Assembly: GCA_905178155.1 (NCBI GenBank)
Contig: CAJINV010000010.1
Location: 62,001-126,000 of the forward strand
Source: Amoebophrya sp. A120
Taxonomy: Eukaryota > Protista > Dinoflagellata
Direction: 5' to 3'
Length of the DNA stretch: 64,000 nucleotides
Every line of letters starts with the position of its first letter. Position 1 is the stretch's first letter. This document shows, one piece after another, positions 49,301 to 60,668 of this stretch. The position numbers and the translations under genes were made by a program. Under the pieces are notes generated by a model. It did no database searches. It saw nothing but the letters and a program-made list of their open reading frames with translations, and was not told where the DNA came from.

Positions 49301-52300
49301 ACAAAACCAAAGCCGTTCCTCCTCGTTCCAAAATGCCCTTCGCAACCTGTGTTTCACCTTTCCATACGTTGTCGACTCGTGTTACCGCTTCAGACATTGG
49401 GCTGCAGATAAAAAGCCGCTGGGTATGCAATGAATTCATGCACCACCAAGCCCTTCCTTTTTTAGAATGCATCAAATACGCATGACAGATTTCGCTTCAA
49501 GTCTCTGCAAAAGCAAGAAGGTGGGCTTGGTGGCAGGACGATCGCCTTTCATATGTGTTGCGGTTGACGAGGAGGCCGTCGGGTTTCGGTGGATACTGGT
49601 GTTGCAGATTTTGCTATGCTGGGAATAGTAAGTCTTGCAAGGTCATGCACACGGCAATCTAAACCCGTACCTCCGGAACGTCCGGGGGCCCCGGTAATGT
49701 TTGCATGTGTCATGCGAGTGGTTAGTCCTACATTTTACAGATGAGACGCAGAATGGTTTTCAGTATTCCAGATTTCGTTGGGCAGATGCCGCGCAACTGA
49801 ATCAAGGCCATTGCCGCCGCATAAAAGCGCAGCAAGACGCTCTATTCACCTGCATACTCGCAGGGACTTTTCTACGGTCTGCTGCTGTCGCCGAAGGAGC
49901 CCTACGTGTACATGTTGAACCCGGCGAATTTTACCCCCGTGTGTGGTCTCACTGCCCATCTTGCTGTAATGGTCTTATGTAGAAAAACCTTCCGACCCTA
50001 CAGATGTTTGCGATTCTGGTACTTTGTGATGCAATTTTCCCGGAAGTGATGTCGTGCAGACATGTTGCAACCAGCATCACAAACCCCGCGGTCGTTTTTC
50101 TTCACTTGGATAAACCAACTACCGAATCCAGTTCGACAATGGGAGGCTGTGCGTCCACTTCTTGAATACGGATTTCATTTTGTTCAGGGAGGCGATGACC
50201 CGGGCGATCGGACACATCCCCAGCCACCTCTTGAAAGAAATAATCCGGATGCTCACCGGCCTTGAAATTCTTTCGGACCCGCCGCTATGAATGTGAACGA
50301 TGAGCGCCACCGCGGCAAGGTTACAAAGCGGCCGGAAGGGCAGTGGTCAGAAGTGCTGCTGCTCTTGTGGTTTTTTGCCGACCCGTGGCTGTGCTCTGCT
50401 TCTTCATCTTCATACTGTGCTGCCGACTTGCGCGAAATCTTCCAGGCGATGGCAGACGACAACATCGAGCTGGACAGCGCGGCTGAAATAATCAGGAGCA
50501 AGCTCACCTCCAACGTGCTCGAATTGGGCGCGATCGATGACGAGCCGGCTCGGAGGCGACGCAGAGGTGATGCCGGGAATGCTGCTGGGCAGGGCGGCGC
50601 CGGGCAGGACGGAGCGGAGCGTGCGGGGAGACGGGAGTTGGGGAGGGTGCGGAACAAAAGTCAACTTGCTCTGACGTGTCCGGCCTGCGAGCAAGATGTT
50701 TGTTTTGTTCGCCGAAGTATCCGCAGAACCGGCGGTAGCGGGTCCATGCTACGGCGTGTCTGGCCACCGGGAACGGTTTTTGAGAACATGAGGAAGCCAC
50801 AGATGAGCACCTTCATCGGGGCCCGGAACGACGACCGCCAGGTGATTGCCTCGGTGTTCAAAGCCGGCGCATTGGAGAAGCACCAGCAGTCGTGCTTGCT
50901 GTGTCTCGACCTTGACATTGTTGAGCGGGAGATGGGGACCAAGCTCGGCGCCGTCCTGGAAATGGCCGAGAACTTGCAGGAGGGCGAGCAGGTTGTGGCT
51001 GAGGCTGGTGACGACTTGATGGGATGGCTGAGATTGTTTTCGTACTTCGTAGAGGCTCCGATATATATTCAGAGCCAGACATTGCCAGTTTTGATCTTAT
51101 ACAAACATGGAAACTACCGACCCTTTTTGGTTCGTTCTGCCAAGATACCGCTATAAAAACGCTGATAAATAGACTTACTGCTGGACGTAGACGCACTTTT
51201 ACACCGGTTTCAGAAACAGTATCTTCTTCCTACACAGCAAGCCATGTCTGCGAGCTGTTCTTGCAGCCGTTGGCATTTCCGCTCATGCTGTCCTTTTATT
51301 CGAGATTCTCCTTTGATTTCGTACTGCCATTGTGCGCCAGCCACAGTGTGGAAGCAGGCGTGGAAGGTAGCGCCTTGATTCCCTAGAGGTTTGTATCTTA
51401 GCTCGTCTTCCGGTAAGAATTCACACCACAGCAAAACGCACTGCATTTATTCCGAGGGGTTGTGAGAAGTCGACGTCTGCATTTTGGAAGGAAGAGCTTT
51501 GCTAGAAAAGCATGGGGCGCATGCTTCTGGGAAGTTGTCTTGCTTGAGCTGGTTTTTTGTCGTGAAAAGCTGTGAAGGAGGCGTATTTCAAAAACGGCCC
51601 GAAGAACCTCGCTCTGTGGTCCCGCCCGTTATTGCAACTGGAAAAAAGGGTGGGCCCGGGGTGCTGCTGCTGATATGTGTCCCGTCGTCCGTGTCTTCTT
51701 TGATACTCAATCTCCCTGGTCCTCACCTCCCGGCCCTGTGGAAAACCATTCGAAACCTGCGCAAGATTTCCAACCCCGATCCTTCCTGCATTTGCTGCAG
51801 AGGCCCGCCGGAAGGTGTGGTTGCTTCAGGTCCCATAGACTAAATTGCCGACGCTACGTCGTTAACTTCCTCGACCTTCTTCAACATCCGCAAGAGCTTG
51901 ATGGGATCACACATGTCTGCTGCGCTCAGATAGAATTCATCCGTCCAATCCGGACAGGCCGCAGGCACGAAGTCCAGGACTTCCGGATAAAGAGCGATCG
52001 TTCCAACCCATGGCGACCTGCATTGCCGTTAGTTTTTTCATGTATTTGCAGCACTCGGCCTCGATATGTTATCTATGCACTGCGGTAATGTCCACTCTTC
52101 ATTCCATCAGCTCACAGCGGATAATCTTGAACAAAAAAAAGCACTTCCACATAGGGGCTTGAAGCATGCAGCACCTTGAATCGCACTCGGCGCAAGTATT
52201 TGCGCCCGAGATGCAAGAAACAGTGTCTAATGATGGCCATAATACGACGGATCCGCCGGGTTTGGTGCGTAGCCATGCTCCACCAGCGACCGGACCGGCA

Positions 52301-55300
52301 AGAAGAACGACCCGGCGTGGGTTTGCTCCGGGCCCGCCGATTTCCGTGCGTGAAGGAGGAGGACATCGAGGACACTGGCATCGAATCCTTCGCCGTTTTT
52401 CCTGGTTGAAAAAGGTATTTGTGGTGGTCTGTTTTGGTCAATAGAGAGCTGAGACACAGCGGCGCCATTGGTTGAGCCCGCAGCGAAGACACGCACTGTT
52501 GCTTACGAAAGTAAAGGCTCTCTTTTTCAATTGAAAATGTCGCGCACCCTAGAAAAAAGCGAGCTACCTTTGCGTGCTTGCACGAATTCCCGTCACTTGC
52601 CCGTGATGGTTCTTCTTGAATTTGGCCGCTCGCTCTTGGCAGCGTAGCTTCAGGCCCTCAAAATGTAAGCAGCCGCCCACCACGGTAAAGCCAGTGCTGT
52701 TCAGGTCATAGGCGCCACCTGCCAGGCTTACGCCCTGCGCCATTTGTTGCCTCATACACTGCTCCACGCGCTGGTTGCGCGATGAGGCGTTCAAGTGCCC
52801 CAAGGCGCCGGCAAGGTGCACACCGAAGGCAGGCCATTGGCCACGTAGGCGCTGCGCTAGCGCATTTGGTGCGCACCACCAATGCTTTGCCCGAAAGTCC
52901 ACTTTTTCCCAGTCATAGTACTTGAAAACCGGGACAAAGAGCACCAGGCGGCGGTGGGTCGTTATGCCAACGACTACGCTGCCGGCGTACTCGACGCGCT
53001 TTTTCAGAACCTGGCACTTTACATTGCGCAGCCAGTCCTCGACGGCACTTTTTGAGCCCTTGACCTGCAGTCGCAGGACCGTGGGCGCCGCAGCCCCGCC
53101 GCTCGATGAGCTCCCCTGTGAGCCGTCGCTCACGTCGCCGTGGGCTTTGTCAGCTATGACCAGGTCTGCGAGGTATTCAGGGGCGCTGATGATCTTGAAA
53201 TCGGGGTCCAGTAAGCTCGTCAGCTTTTTTGCCGACCACTCTTCAGTGCCTCGTGGACTTGAGCCCATTGGCAGCGATCTTTTGCCGAGGCAGGGTGGCC
53301 GAAGGGGCTGCAAGCTGAGTCCGTTTTCTTTGAGGTTCTCGCTAAACAGGCTGCTGACAGACGACTGCAGCCGCGGCCAGCGCGAGAAAGCGGTGTATTT
53401 AGTGGGTTTTGGCGCTGTTCTAGGTGGGGTAGTTTAGGGAAAAGGGAGTCCTGTCAAGAGTCTGTCCCTCTAGCATTGAGAAAAGCCTTCGAGTATTTGA
53501 AAACGAGTCGTCGCATGTAAATTTCTGCTGTCTCAGCTCTAAACCCGATCAAAACAGGCCCTGCAATGCCTTGCCCAAGAGCACAACCGAAGACGCAAGA
53601 CGGAGGCGCAACCGACCTGATCGAGACCTTCGGCCAGAGTCCCGTGCTGTTACGAGGTGGGGCCAGAATGCTTCTGCGCCAGAAATCAAGCTCCACGACC
53701 TTCAGTCAGCCGTCGCCACCGATGAGTCCTGCCTCCTTAACTATTCACATATACCGAAGCAACCGTAGCTAGTTTTGACTATATAAATTCACCATATAAA
53801 CATCAACACATACCAGGTCGGGGATTGCGCCGGAGCTTGAGAATTTTTGAGTTTTGCATATCAAAAAAAATAGTGATTTTTGAAACACCTACACTAACAC
53901 AGTTTTTTCTTTCAATATTCTATCTTGTTGTCATGATGCAATTATACCTCATCAAGTTCAAGTGCCGCAGCCGCTGCTGCTCCTCGTGCCGGAGCAGTAG
54001 AAACAATACGAATGATCACACAACAACTTAAAAAAAGCCCTGCTGTACCACGTCCGTCGGCCCAGCAAGCACGGAATATCCTGTGCAAAAGTATCGCACT
54101 TGTGGTAATTTCAAACATGCGCTTACAAATCTTTTTCTGAAGGAAAATCTGCATATGCAAATTTCATTTCTCATGCTAAGGAAATTTGTCATGCGATATA
54201 TACTAGTACGATGCTTTTGCATTTCATACGGAAGTCCCACTGTCGATAATCGCAGCCTGGTTTTTCGCGATCACATCTCCCCCAACAGACATGCTTGTCA
54301 TCAAAACCTGCCAGTAACCTTCTCGCGTCACGGGCACGTACGTCATATCCCCCGTGTAGTGCTTCGGATCGGCACCGCCAATAACGAGCTCTCCGTCCGC
54401 GCCGGACTCGGTTCCGAGGAAAAACGAAAAAGCCGGCTGGTCGATGAGTTTCTGATCAATGTATCAAGTGCAAAAATGTCTGGGTCTGGAAGAGTGGAAG
54501 CTTGTCAGGCTTGTCTGACATCACCCTCAGGTCTGTCATGCACATTACCCAAAAGCGGCCCTACTTTTCTGTCAAGCAGAAGCTCACTTTGTCATGCAGA
54601 AAAGCCAAGACTATCGCACCTCCAAAACTTGTCACGCTTGCCAGTCAATTGAGGCGTCCTCGTCTTTCTCAACCAGCATCACAAGTTTCCAGACTCAGAC
54701 ATTTTTGCATTTGATACAATGAGCGACTGGACGACCGTGGGGATCCCGTCGACGGAAATAGTGCTCCAGCCCAGGCTATTGTGAGGAAAAATCGAAATCC
54801 CCTCTCCCCATATCGAGAAGGAAATTTGTGATGCTGATTTGTGACCACTGACCAGCTCTGTCTTGCATATGGGGCAAATGGAAGCCGTTTGGCGCATTCC
54901 ACAGCCAATCTGTGATGCGCTTTTGCGTACTGCAAAAGTGTCTGCCATGCCTAACTGCTAGCCTGTTGCATACCCAAAAATCAGGCTTAGGATGTGCCTC
55001 CAAGGAGCGCCTTCGGCAATACAACGGTGATTTGTGTACAGAAATCCACCAACATCAGAAATTTCCTTTTTCCTATGGGGTGGGAGCATTTTTCATTGTA
55101 ATACAGGCCGAGGATCCCGTCGAACTTTCCAGCGGCGTAGGCCATGCCGAGACCTGAAATATTTTTTTGGAAAATTTGAGTGACAACATCTTCGTCCTCC
55201 GCGGAACTCCTTGGGCTGGATTGCCAAAGCTGACTCACATAGCTGTTCCTGGGGTCTCTGGCCACCTTCCGGCCTACTTTGGGCCAGCTTTCCGGTGGGT

Positions 55301-58300
55301 TGCTGTTGCATTAACGGCGGTGGCCGCTTGTAACACCTGTCGCCGAGCAGGGCGCCACGGGGCTTGGCCAATCTGCCTAACTGGGCGGTGTTGTGGCGCT
55401 CTTGGTTGCTTTAAGAGGGGCCACCCTTTCCAGAATTTTTCTAGAAGAGAAAGTTAGCCAAAAGTTAGCCAAAAGTTAGCCAGAGGGCAAAAAAAAAAAT
55501 CCCCAAAAACGTTAGCCAAAGAAGGAAAGCAAAAAACGCTGATTTTTGCTTTTCGGCAAAGGGCGATGCTATGGCCAACCTTTGGCCAACTTTTGGCTAA
55601 CTTTTGTTCTAGAAAGTCGGACTGCGCCATGTTGAAACCGCATCTGCGGTCGGGAGGTGGTCGGAGCTTGTCTTGTCGCCGTGCAGATGAGGCAGAGGTT
55701 GCGGAAAAACTGCTGCTGAGAGATGTTCGACGAGAACGCTGCTGGGGTGGTCGCTGTAGACTGGGTAGGCAATCGCGGTGAAGATCTGGACGAATCACCG
55801 TAATGTCCTTGGGACAGGCAGACCGCTGCTGGTGAGAGCGGAACCAGCGTCACAGATCTTGCCCCAGTCGTAAAGCGCGTGGGGTTCGAGCGCTATATTT
55901 TGTAGCACTCTCAGCAACTCACTCTCAGCAACTCTGAGGACTCTCAACACTTCGAGTGAGAAGAACATCTTCGTCCTCCGCGGAACTTCTTGTGCACGAC
56001 TCACTGCTGGCGCTGCTGCACCGAGGCAGAGTATCTGCTCTTCAACCACACAAGTCTAATAGTAATACCTGACACATCCGTGATTTCCGCAAAAACATAC
56101 TTTTCCAGCTTCACGTTCCCACTGTTGCCCAAGTGCAACGTGTCCTGGCCCAGAAATCCATCTACTGGCTATCAAAATGAAAAATCCCCCCTCCCCCTAT
56201 CAAAACGGCGATCTGTTATGAGGGATTTGTGTACACAAATCGCATTGGTCTTGCAGGAAAGCACTGCACGCAGGAGATCGGAAGCCTAACGGGGGGGGGC
56301 TTTTGGTGTAGGGGCCTAGCATGGTAGACGTCTGCCCTGTAGGCCTTGCAGCATTACAAACCGCCTACAGATCGCGGCGGAGTCTTTTGATTTGCCTTCT
56401 GGCAAGACAGGATTTGTGGTCCTGGTCACAAATCTGCATCACAAATTTTCGGAAGGACATGTTTTCAATATGGGAAGGGGGGATTTTTCCTTGCAATACT
56501 GGTCCGGAGCCGTACTGGATGTGGAACTTCGTTATGAAACACAAATTTGAATTTCCCGCACATGCACAAAATGCATGACAAAAATAAATCTCCCTAGCTT
56601 GGAGTGTCAACAAACTACGTGTCATGCTAACTAAGATTGAAGGCAAGTTTTGTCATGCCGAAACAGCAGGTTACGGAAAATTTTCTGAGGATACTCGTGC
56701 CGTTTTTCACGTAGCTTTCCGATTTCGCTTCGTTGAACAAGGATTTTGCCTGACGCGAATGCAACAAAAAAACTGTGTGAGTGTAACTTTCTGCTGTTCT
56801 TGCAGACGATAGTACAATCCAGTTTTTACACTTGTCATGCTGGTCATGCATCAGAAGCTCGTATCTTATTGTTAGTTTTAACATCCTAGCTACGCATGAC
56901 AGGTTTTTTTTGTGACGCAGAGCAAATTTGTGATGCTGTTCCTGCTCCATCAAAGTTACAACTACACTCACATCACACCACAACTTTTTCTCTTGGATAA
57001 CACGCGAAGGCCGTGCATTCCGAACTGGGGACCCACAGGTTGCTTGACCCTATGAAAGCCGCAGGTTAGAAATCCTCAAAGTGGAAATAGCTTGTGATGC
57101 AAAAAAACGACTCCAGTTGAAGCGCCATTTGTAGTCGGCGCATGAGAAATTTCCCGGGCACTCAAAGCGTGTCTGTCATGCTACTTAGGCAAAGGGGTGT
57201 CCTTCTGTCGTGCTAATCAGCAGCCCTATTCTTCACCCCTAGCAGGACAATAGTCGGCCTCCATTGTGTCCTCTGCAATGCAGTCTCTTTGCCTGGGATT
57301 TCATGCATCGCAAATTATTTCCACTTTGAGGATTTCCATTCTGAGGCTTTCATAGACCCGGTATCGTAGATGACTTGGAATTCGGTCGGTGGGCTGCCCA
57401 CAGCGATATCACAGGAAAAAACTGTTTCACTGTGATGATTTTCTTGCAAGATCTGCAACATGACAAGTTTGTTATTGTTACACATGACACTGAAAATCTG
57501 TCATGCGCGCATTTCCCATAGGGGAAACCACGGTTGAAACTCCAATGTTCTATGCAGGTGTAGCAAAACAAGTAGCTCTGTGTTCCATTTTCTGCCTGAC
57601 AAGTTCACAGTGAAACAGTTTTTTCTTGCGATAAGCGACGGCGCCGAAGTACTGCGCGTTACCAAAGTCGTGAATCGTAATGTCGGCCGTGTCTTGCAGC
57701 GAAGATTTTTCTGTTTTTGCGGAGGGATTTTGGATCTCCTTGATCAACTTTTCCCGCCAAAGCTTGTCATTGGCCGACTGCTGCTTGCGGAGCGGAAACC
57801 TGAGAACAGTTTCTAGAATGTTCGTAGTTGAGTTGTATCCACTCTTCATCTCCTGCAGTTCGTTTTTTTACTATCTGAAGCTGTTGTTCTTGGGTATGCT
57901 GAAGTGGAAATAGTTCATCTCATGATTCTGTTTGTTGGCAAATAAACTACGAATTAAAATAAGTACTTGAGCAGCTTGGGTCCACCTCCTTTTCGGTGTC
58001 CCATGAAGGCGGCCGCACCTCCACCCGTGCTGCTCCCGACCGCATTTATTCGCCCGCTAGGATCTATGGAAGCGTCAGGATCAAAATCGTCAAAGTTGAC
58101 ATAGTTTGCGATGCATAAAATGCAACCCACAAAGTGCCTGCCTTGCAGAGTACGCAAGGGAAGCAGATTGTAAGCCTGTTGAGGGGTAGAAATAGAGCTG
58201 CTAAAGTAAGCGTCTTCCATACCCAAACACCATTACAAACTGGATGTAGGCACCGCCGAGATTTGTCATGCGCCACTTGAGCACTGGGCTCCAACTGGCA

Positions 58301-58434
58301 TCCAATTTATGCATGGCAAATCATTTCAACTTTGACGCTTTCGATCCTGACAGTTCCATAGGACCCGCACCCACGACAGCAGGCACTGCTGCTGCTGCAG
58401 CAGTGAGCAACAATGATCCCGCGCAAGACGGCAT
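37393..58434 (-). CDS. Pepsin-family (A1) aspartic protease, cathepsin D/plasmepsin-like, with signal peptide
   Basis: Spliced: MPSCAGSLLLTAAAAV...[43 protein letters not shown]...[17 protein letters not shown]...KFDGILGL-GWSTISVDG...FSFFLG...GELVIGGADPKHYTG...YWQV...AIIDSGTS-VLAGP...WILGDTFMRKYYV-TFDYGKKAVGLA. Both catalytic motifs (DTG, DSG) are intact. 14 introners, plus a long intron holding the 13.7-kb element. Confidence 0.93.
37501..37618. mobile_element. Introner F2-related (118 bp, shortest)
   Basis: tatccagga...tcctggata; DR ttttc/tcttc. Confidence 0.85.
37700..37867. mobile_element. Introner F3
   Basis: Perfect DR tcacg; joins KYYV-TFDY. Confidence 0.92.
38023..38344. mobile_element. 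Introner F7 (degenerate body)
   Basis: TIR TATGCATTGCAAAT; perfect DR tgaaa. Confidence 0.85.
38361..38600. mobile_element. F8-ended introner with atypical GC-rich body
   Basis: TIR TATGGNNGCGTCAGGATCGAAAT; perfect DR gtccc; internal TIR-like copies. Confidence 0.9.
38644..38814. mobile_element. Introner F4
   Basis: tatcctctgcgaaagtatcgcact...ttgcaattcata; DR gaaga/aaaaa; joins VNIF-GKMLIPC. Confidence 0.85.
38923..40063. mobile_element. Very GC-rich insertion bounded by ~89-bp imperfect direct repeat
   Basis: 38834-38922 repeated at 40064-40152; internal ~20-30-bp units cggccaaaggcgccgcggtcc and a C/T-rich tail. Confidence 0.78.
41000..43666 (+). CDS. Element-encoded multi-exon K/S/D-rich low-complexity protein, function unknown
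   Basis: Exon-like GC-rich blocks (~41117-41336, 41580-41771, 41907-42203, 42332-42461, 42588-43666) mostly flanked by GT-AG; start uncertain. Confidence 0.6.
44830..51050 (+). CDS. Putative multi-exon DDE transposase, Mutator/IS256-like
   Basis: Hand-spliced GT-AG exons give FVSRLDGGT (D at 45344), PGCFQIMFRNSEKRNNV, TICIAQDKSTKGL (D at 45815), IGLHHRLANVVNKL (H at ~46276) and GSTSDFEQENH (E at 48754), the motif order expected of MULE/IS256 transposases. The 46.5-47.3 kb junction was not resolved. Both ends are uncertain and the 50.3-51.1 kb part may be a separate gene. No database search was run. Confidence 0.55.
46781..46866. repeat. 86-bp near-perfect palindrome/hairpin
   Basis: tttttcaattttgtcgagcgggaactggaact...agttccagctcccgctcgacaaaattgaaaaa. 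Confidence 0.85.
52227..53313 (-). CDS. Putative PD-(D/E)XK-fold endonuclease-like protein carried by the element
   Basis: GTEEWSAKKL helix, LADLVI and LRLQVKGS (D...QxK); a GT-AG intron (~52402-52567) joins ASTQR-KNGEGFDASVLDVLLLH...SFFLPVRSLVEHGY in frame. Confidence 0.5.
54077..54228. mobile_element. Introner F4
   Basis: Perfect DR cggaa; joins DSGTS-VLAGP. Confidence 0.93.
54462..54716. mobile_element. Introner F7
   Basis: F7 TIR; perfect DR caatg. Confidence 0.92.
54777..55103. mobile_element. Introner F6
   Basis: Perfect DR caggc; joins DGILGL-GW. Confidence 0.9.
55209..55963. mobile_element. Intronic insertion bounded by 24-bp direct repeat, containing an inverted-repeat unit
   Basis: aacatcttcgtcctccgcggaact at 55185 and 55964; IR ttctagaa..aaagttagccaaaagtt at ~55439-55613. 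Confidence 0.68.
56170..56498. mobile_element. Introner F6
   Basis: DR ctggc/ctggt; joins YGSGP-VDGF. Confidence 0.9.
56533..56693. mobile_element. Introner F3 (degenerate)
   Basis: DR ttcgt/ctcgt; joins VKNGT-KFHIQY. Confidence 0.85.
56758..56999. mobile_element. Introner F11-like
   Basis: Left end aatgcaacAAAAAAACTGTGTGAGTGTA; DR acgcg/acacg; joins FAC-QAKSLF. Confidence 0.82.
57051..57354. mobile_element. Introner F13 splitting the catalytic DTGS-SNLWV motif
   Basis: F13 TIR; perfect DR gaccc. Confidence 0.93.
57407..57633. mobile_element. Introner F12
   Basis: TIR TATCNCANGAAAAAACTGTTTCACTGTGA; perfect DR agcga. Confidence 0.93.
58065..58360. mobile_element. Introner F8
   Basis: F8 TIR; DR ggatc/ggacc. 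Confidence 0.9.
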
Positions 58435-60519
58435 TTATCGATTTTCACCCTCTAAGCTAAGTAGTAGATCAATTAAGTAGTACTAGTAGAGTAGACACAG
58501 CTCTGCTTGAAAAAAGACGAGAAACGGGCAACAAGCTTTTGCCCGCTAGGTACAGCCAGCTGGGCCTGGGTCAGACGCAAAGAAACTACACCCGTGGTCT
58601 CTCGGAAAAGCACGAAGAAGACAAAATACTTAAAAACTAGCTTCCACGACGGCAATCAGCCGGACACTGTGAAAAGCTCGGAAGAAAAAAAAATTGGCGG
58701 AACAAAAATATGTGGCAGGATGTTGGTCATGGAAATCGATCCCGCACACACGTAACACGATCGCCCCAGATGACGCCTGTTCCCAATGAGATGACGCTTC
58801 TGAATAGCCTGAACTAGCTAGATCCTTAGGGAAATGGTCAGAATCTATCTAGATCCTAAAGGAATCTCTTCACCATGTTCCGCGAATCCCCCAAATACTA
58901 CGAAGGCAAAGCCATCAGGATCGTAATGAAATGAATGGACTCAGCTCGGTCCAGACGTTCAGAATGGTCACCCTGGGGGACTTGACTCCCGCCAGGGTCG
59001 AGCACCAAACCGACAGCATTGAGGGATGGACTCCCATGCTGTTTTGCCACTTGACTCTGACCCGAATGGTCCATATGAATCTGATGAATTTGGATGAATT
59101 GATCCTACAGGATGTAACACAGCAAGAGACTTCCGTCACTTGCTTGCTTACTTGCAATTGAGAGAATTCTTCGAATTGCTGTTGATAACGAGCTCAGTGG
59201 AGCAAACGCGTGTAAGTGTGTTCGAGTGTTCTCAAGTCCACTAGCACTACGCTACGCCTTGGGACTCAAGCTGGCTCTTCTAGTCAGCTAAGTGATGGAA
59301 ATAATGGGCCAAGAGGCAAAGCTGGTCGAGAAGCTGTCCAGCGCGCAGGACTGGCGCGTCTGGCATCGCGGAGTCACGAACGAGGTTTCTCGCCTCGGAC
59401 TCCGGGAGTATTGGGATAATCGTCTTGCTGGTAACCCTCCGGGGATTCCGCAGGCGCAAAATACTGCCAATAACGCGATCCGGGAGAAGTGGCGCGACCT
59501 GAAGGATGCCATCTACAAGTCGCGCACCGGGTCCGTGTCCACGTGGGTCAACAGTCAGCACTACATCAACGACGACGCTGCGCAGTTGTTCATGCGTATT
59601 CGTGACGTTGGTCGCTTCCGTGTTGCCTCCCGTGACCAGCAGCACATCAAGACGTCCTCGATCGACGCCATGCATTTCGACAACCGCGACGCGCCGAAGG
59701 ATGCTCCGACGTTCCTGGCCCAGATCCACGAGCTAATGGCGATGGCGCCGAGTGTCTACGTCCCGGAGCCCGGGCGTCCGGTTGAAGATCAGCATGTCAG
59801 GAACATCCTGGACAAGTTGCCCAAGATGTTCGCGTCGGCCTTCCGCCAGACCATCGACCGCTGCGTGGACGAGTCCGATCACATCACCCTCAGGCGTCCG
59901 GGCTCGGGCCACCTAAGGCGTGAACTTTTGCGCAAAGCTTCGGGAATTTTGGAAAATGCAAAGCGGGTCGGGGGGTGGGAGCAAAAGAAAGGAAGCGTGG
60001 GGGGCGGCAAGCAGAAATGGCGAAACACAACGAAGGCTGCGGGGCTCCACAAAATAACCTCTCCGGTCTTATGTTGGAGCAGCCGGGACGTGGAGTCTTT
60101 TGTTTCGTGCTCAGTCGGAGGACCCGGGGCGGTGGAGGCTTCTAGTTTTTTTCTATTTTTTTTCTGATTTTGGAAAAAACACAAGCTGGGCGCAATTCCT
60201 TGTGAAATACCAAGAACGGAGACGGGCGGGTCGGCAGAAGAACAAAGGCAAGGCGCAATGTCAACGGACCCCGGGGCAAGAGAAAACGAAGAGGAGAAAC
60301 CGGGGTCGGTCTCCAAACCCCAAAAGCACAAGGGTGGCAAAGTTGAAAAGCGGCATCGGGGCAAGCTTCTTTGAGGCGGCCACACACAATGGCATGATCT
60401 GATCCTCATGCGCCCTTGCCAAGACTACCCAAAAACACGAACCAGGTCACTCAAGAATTCCCCGAAGCCAAACCCTACCAAGAAGCCAGGCGCTACAATC
60501 GAGAAACAAAAACTGAAGG

Positions 60520-60668
60520 ACCTTCTAAATTTCCTTCTATTTTTGTGTCTAAATCCGCGCCTTCTATTTTTCCTTCTAAATTTCCTTCTATTTTTCCTTC
60601 TAAATTTACCTTCTATTTTTCCTTCTAAATCTGCCTTCTATTTTTGTTTCTAAATCCACCTTCTAAGT
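60520..60668. repeat. Degenerate tandem repeat ccttctaaattt/ccttctatttt
   Basis: Direct inspection. Confidence 0.8.

Larger units (their letters stand above)
40183..53917. mobile_element. 13.7-kb TIR DNA transposon, candidate autonomous partner of the introners
   Basis: 41-bp TIR TATTGAAAGAAAAAACTGTGTTAGTGTAGGT(A/G)TTTCAAAAA (1 mismatch, looser similarity to ~85 bp); perfect 5-bp TSD TTCTA (40178-40182, 53918-53922); lies in a protease intron. Confidence 0.93.

Noticed and set aside
49255-49980. SWIM zinc finger after the transposase Glu
   Set aside because: Cys/His spacing does not fit CxC...CxH and the exon structure here is unresolved.
445-58360. GCATGACAAA as a spliceosomal branch point
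   Set aside because: It occurs several times per element on both strands and is absent from 38361-38600, so a directional branch-point role is unlikely.
58740-59290. 5' LTR and primer-binding site upstream of gag
   Set aside because: No second LTR lies in the window, and I could not identify convincing TG...CA ends or a tRNA-complementary PBS.
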